A stretch of 64,000 nucleotides of DNA from Camelus ferus (lineage: Eukaryota): positions 47,368,001 through 47,432,000 of the forward strand of contig NC_045703.1 in the NCBI RefSeq assembly GCF_009834535.1, in the 5' to 3' direction. The notes beneath the pieces were generated by a model. It made no database searches, had not been told where the DNA came from, and was given only the letters and a program-made list of their open reading frames with translations. A program made the translations under genes and the position numbers. Shown piece after piece: positions 63,336 to 64,000 of this stretch (positions are counted from its first letter, which is position 1; the number at the start of each line of letters is the position of its first letter).

Positions 63336-63800
63336 TGTTATGGAAATGACAGGCCAGTCTAGAAACAAGCACCACTCGGAGGGTTGGAGTACTCAGATGT
63401 ATTACGCCGGTGGGCTCAGAGGGCCTTCTGCTCTGAAGCTCTGAGGACCTCCAAGACGTGCGCATGAGGTTTTATAGGGTAAAGTACAAGCTTGGGGTAT
63501 TAGGCCAATAGGCATGGAAAAGCTTTAGCAGCATTATCATCACAAAAGTGGAGGCGGGGAGGCAGCAAACCAACATTCCAAAGCCAGATACGTATCTTTG
63601 AAAACCCAGCTGGCTAGCAAAAAATCATGAACAGCAAACCAACACTAATTAACCTAGATTTACAAGTTAGTCTAGCAGAACTCAGATCAGTATTCCAATA
63701 CTTAGATTTGTGAGTTATCTTGTTAGTCCAGCCCAGCCTCTCCTTCACATTCCTAGACTTGTGAGTTACCTTGTTAGACCAGCCCGGCTTTTCCTTCACA
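63336..63800 (-). mobile_element. Young ERV1-type solo LTR (465 nt) with 4-bp TSD
   Basis: TG...CA ends; ctag on both sides (63332-35, 63801-04); minus-strand CCTATAAAA TATA-like box at plus ttttatagg (about 63471-79); CpGs retained. Confidence 0.85.
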
Positions 63801-63811
63801 CTAGGAAAGAG

Positions 63812-63970
63812 TAATAATTACTAAACATATTGAGCATTTACTATATGCCAGGAGATGGGGTAAACACTTCAATTTCACTGCTCCTTACAACCACTTAACT
63901 AATTAGGTACTATTAATATCACCCCATTTTACAGATGAGACATCTGAGGTACAGAGAGATTAAATAATTT
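63812..63970 (-). mobile_element. MIR SINE
   Basis: ttgagcatttactatatgccagg...taggtactattaatatcaccccattttacagatgagacatctgaggtacagagagattaaataattt. Confidence 0.85.
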
Positions 63971-64000
63971 TTCTGCTTTTCCTCTGGCAAATTTGGCAGA

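Noticed and set aside
21479-63800. CRISPR-like or regularly spaced repeat arrays
   Set aside because: The only short direct repeats are TSDs, microsatellites and the two local duplications already described; there is no repeat-spacer periodicity.
1-64000. The supplied 60-138 aa ORFs as protein-coding genes
   Set aside because: No recognisable domain. Many start at TTG/GTG, lie in repeats or microsatellites, or are long only because they cross N runs. This is what is expected by chance in 64 kb.

Overview
AT-rich eutherian genomic DNA, most likely camelid (alpaca/camel), judged from two tRNA-derived vic-1-type SINEs and artiodactyl-type L1 3' ends. I cannot support any complete protein-coding gene, RNA gene or CRISPR array. 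The supplied ORFs are short and look like chance or repeat-derived frames; several only run through N blocks. Much of the window is interspersed repeat: L2, MIR, CR1/L3, old and young L1 3' ends, MaLR/ERVL/ERV1 solo LTRs, MER5A, MER20 and a Tigger-type MITE. Between these lie repeat-poor, CpG-retaining, motif-rich blocks (about 16-21 kb, 39.7-40.3 kb, 50.9-52.4 kb, 55.3-55.9 kb) that resemble the conserved non-coding landscape of a large developmental-gene intron or gene desert. The best gene-like signal is a + strand exon candidate at 20419-20601 ending ATG CCC TCG|gtaagc, with a possible upstream exon and promoter; I could not identify the host gene. The oddest feature is four 156-228 nt N runs that sit in unique, conserved-looking sequence rather than in repeats, one starting exactly after a strong splice acceptor. 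They may hide the most conserved elements or exons of the locus. Repeat family names are from memory of consensus sequences, not from a search, and boundaries of old repeats are approximate.
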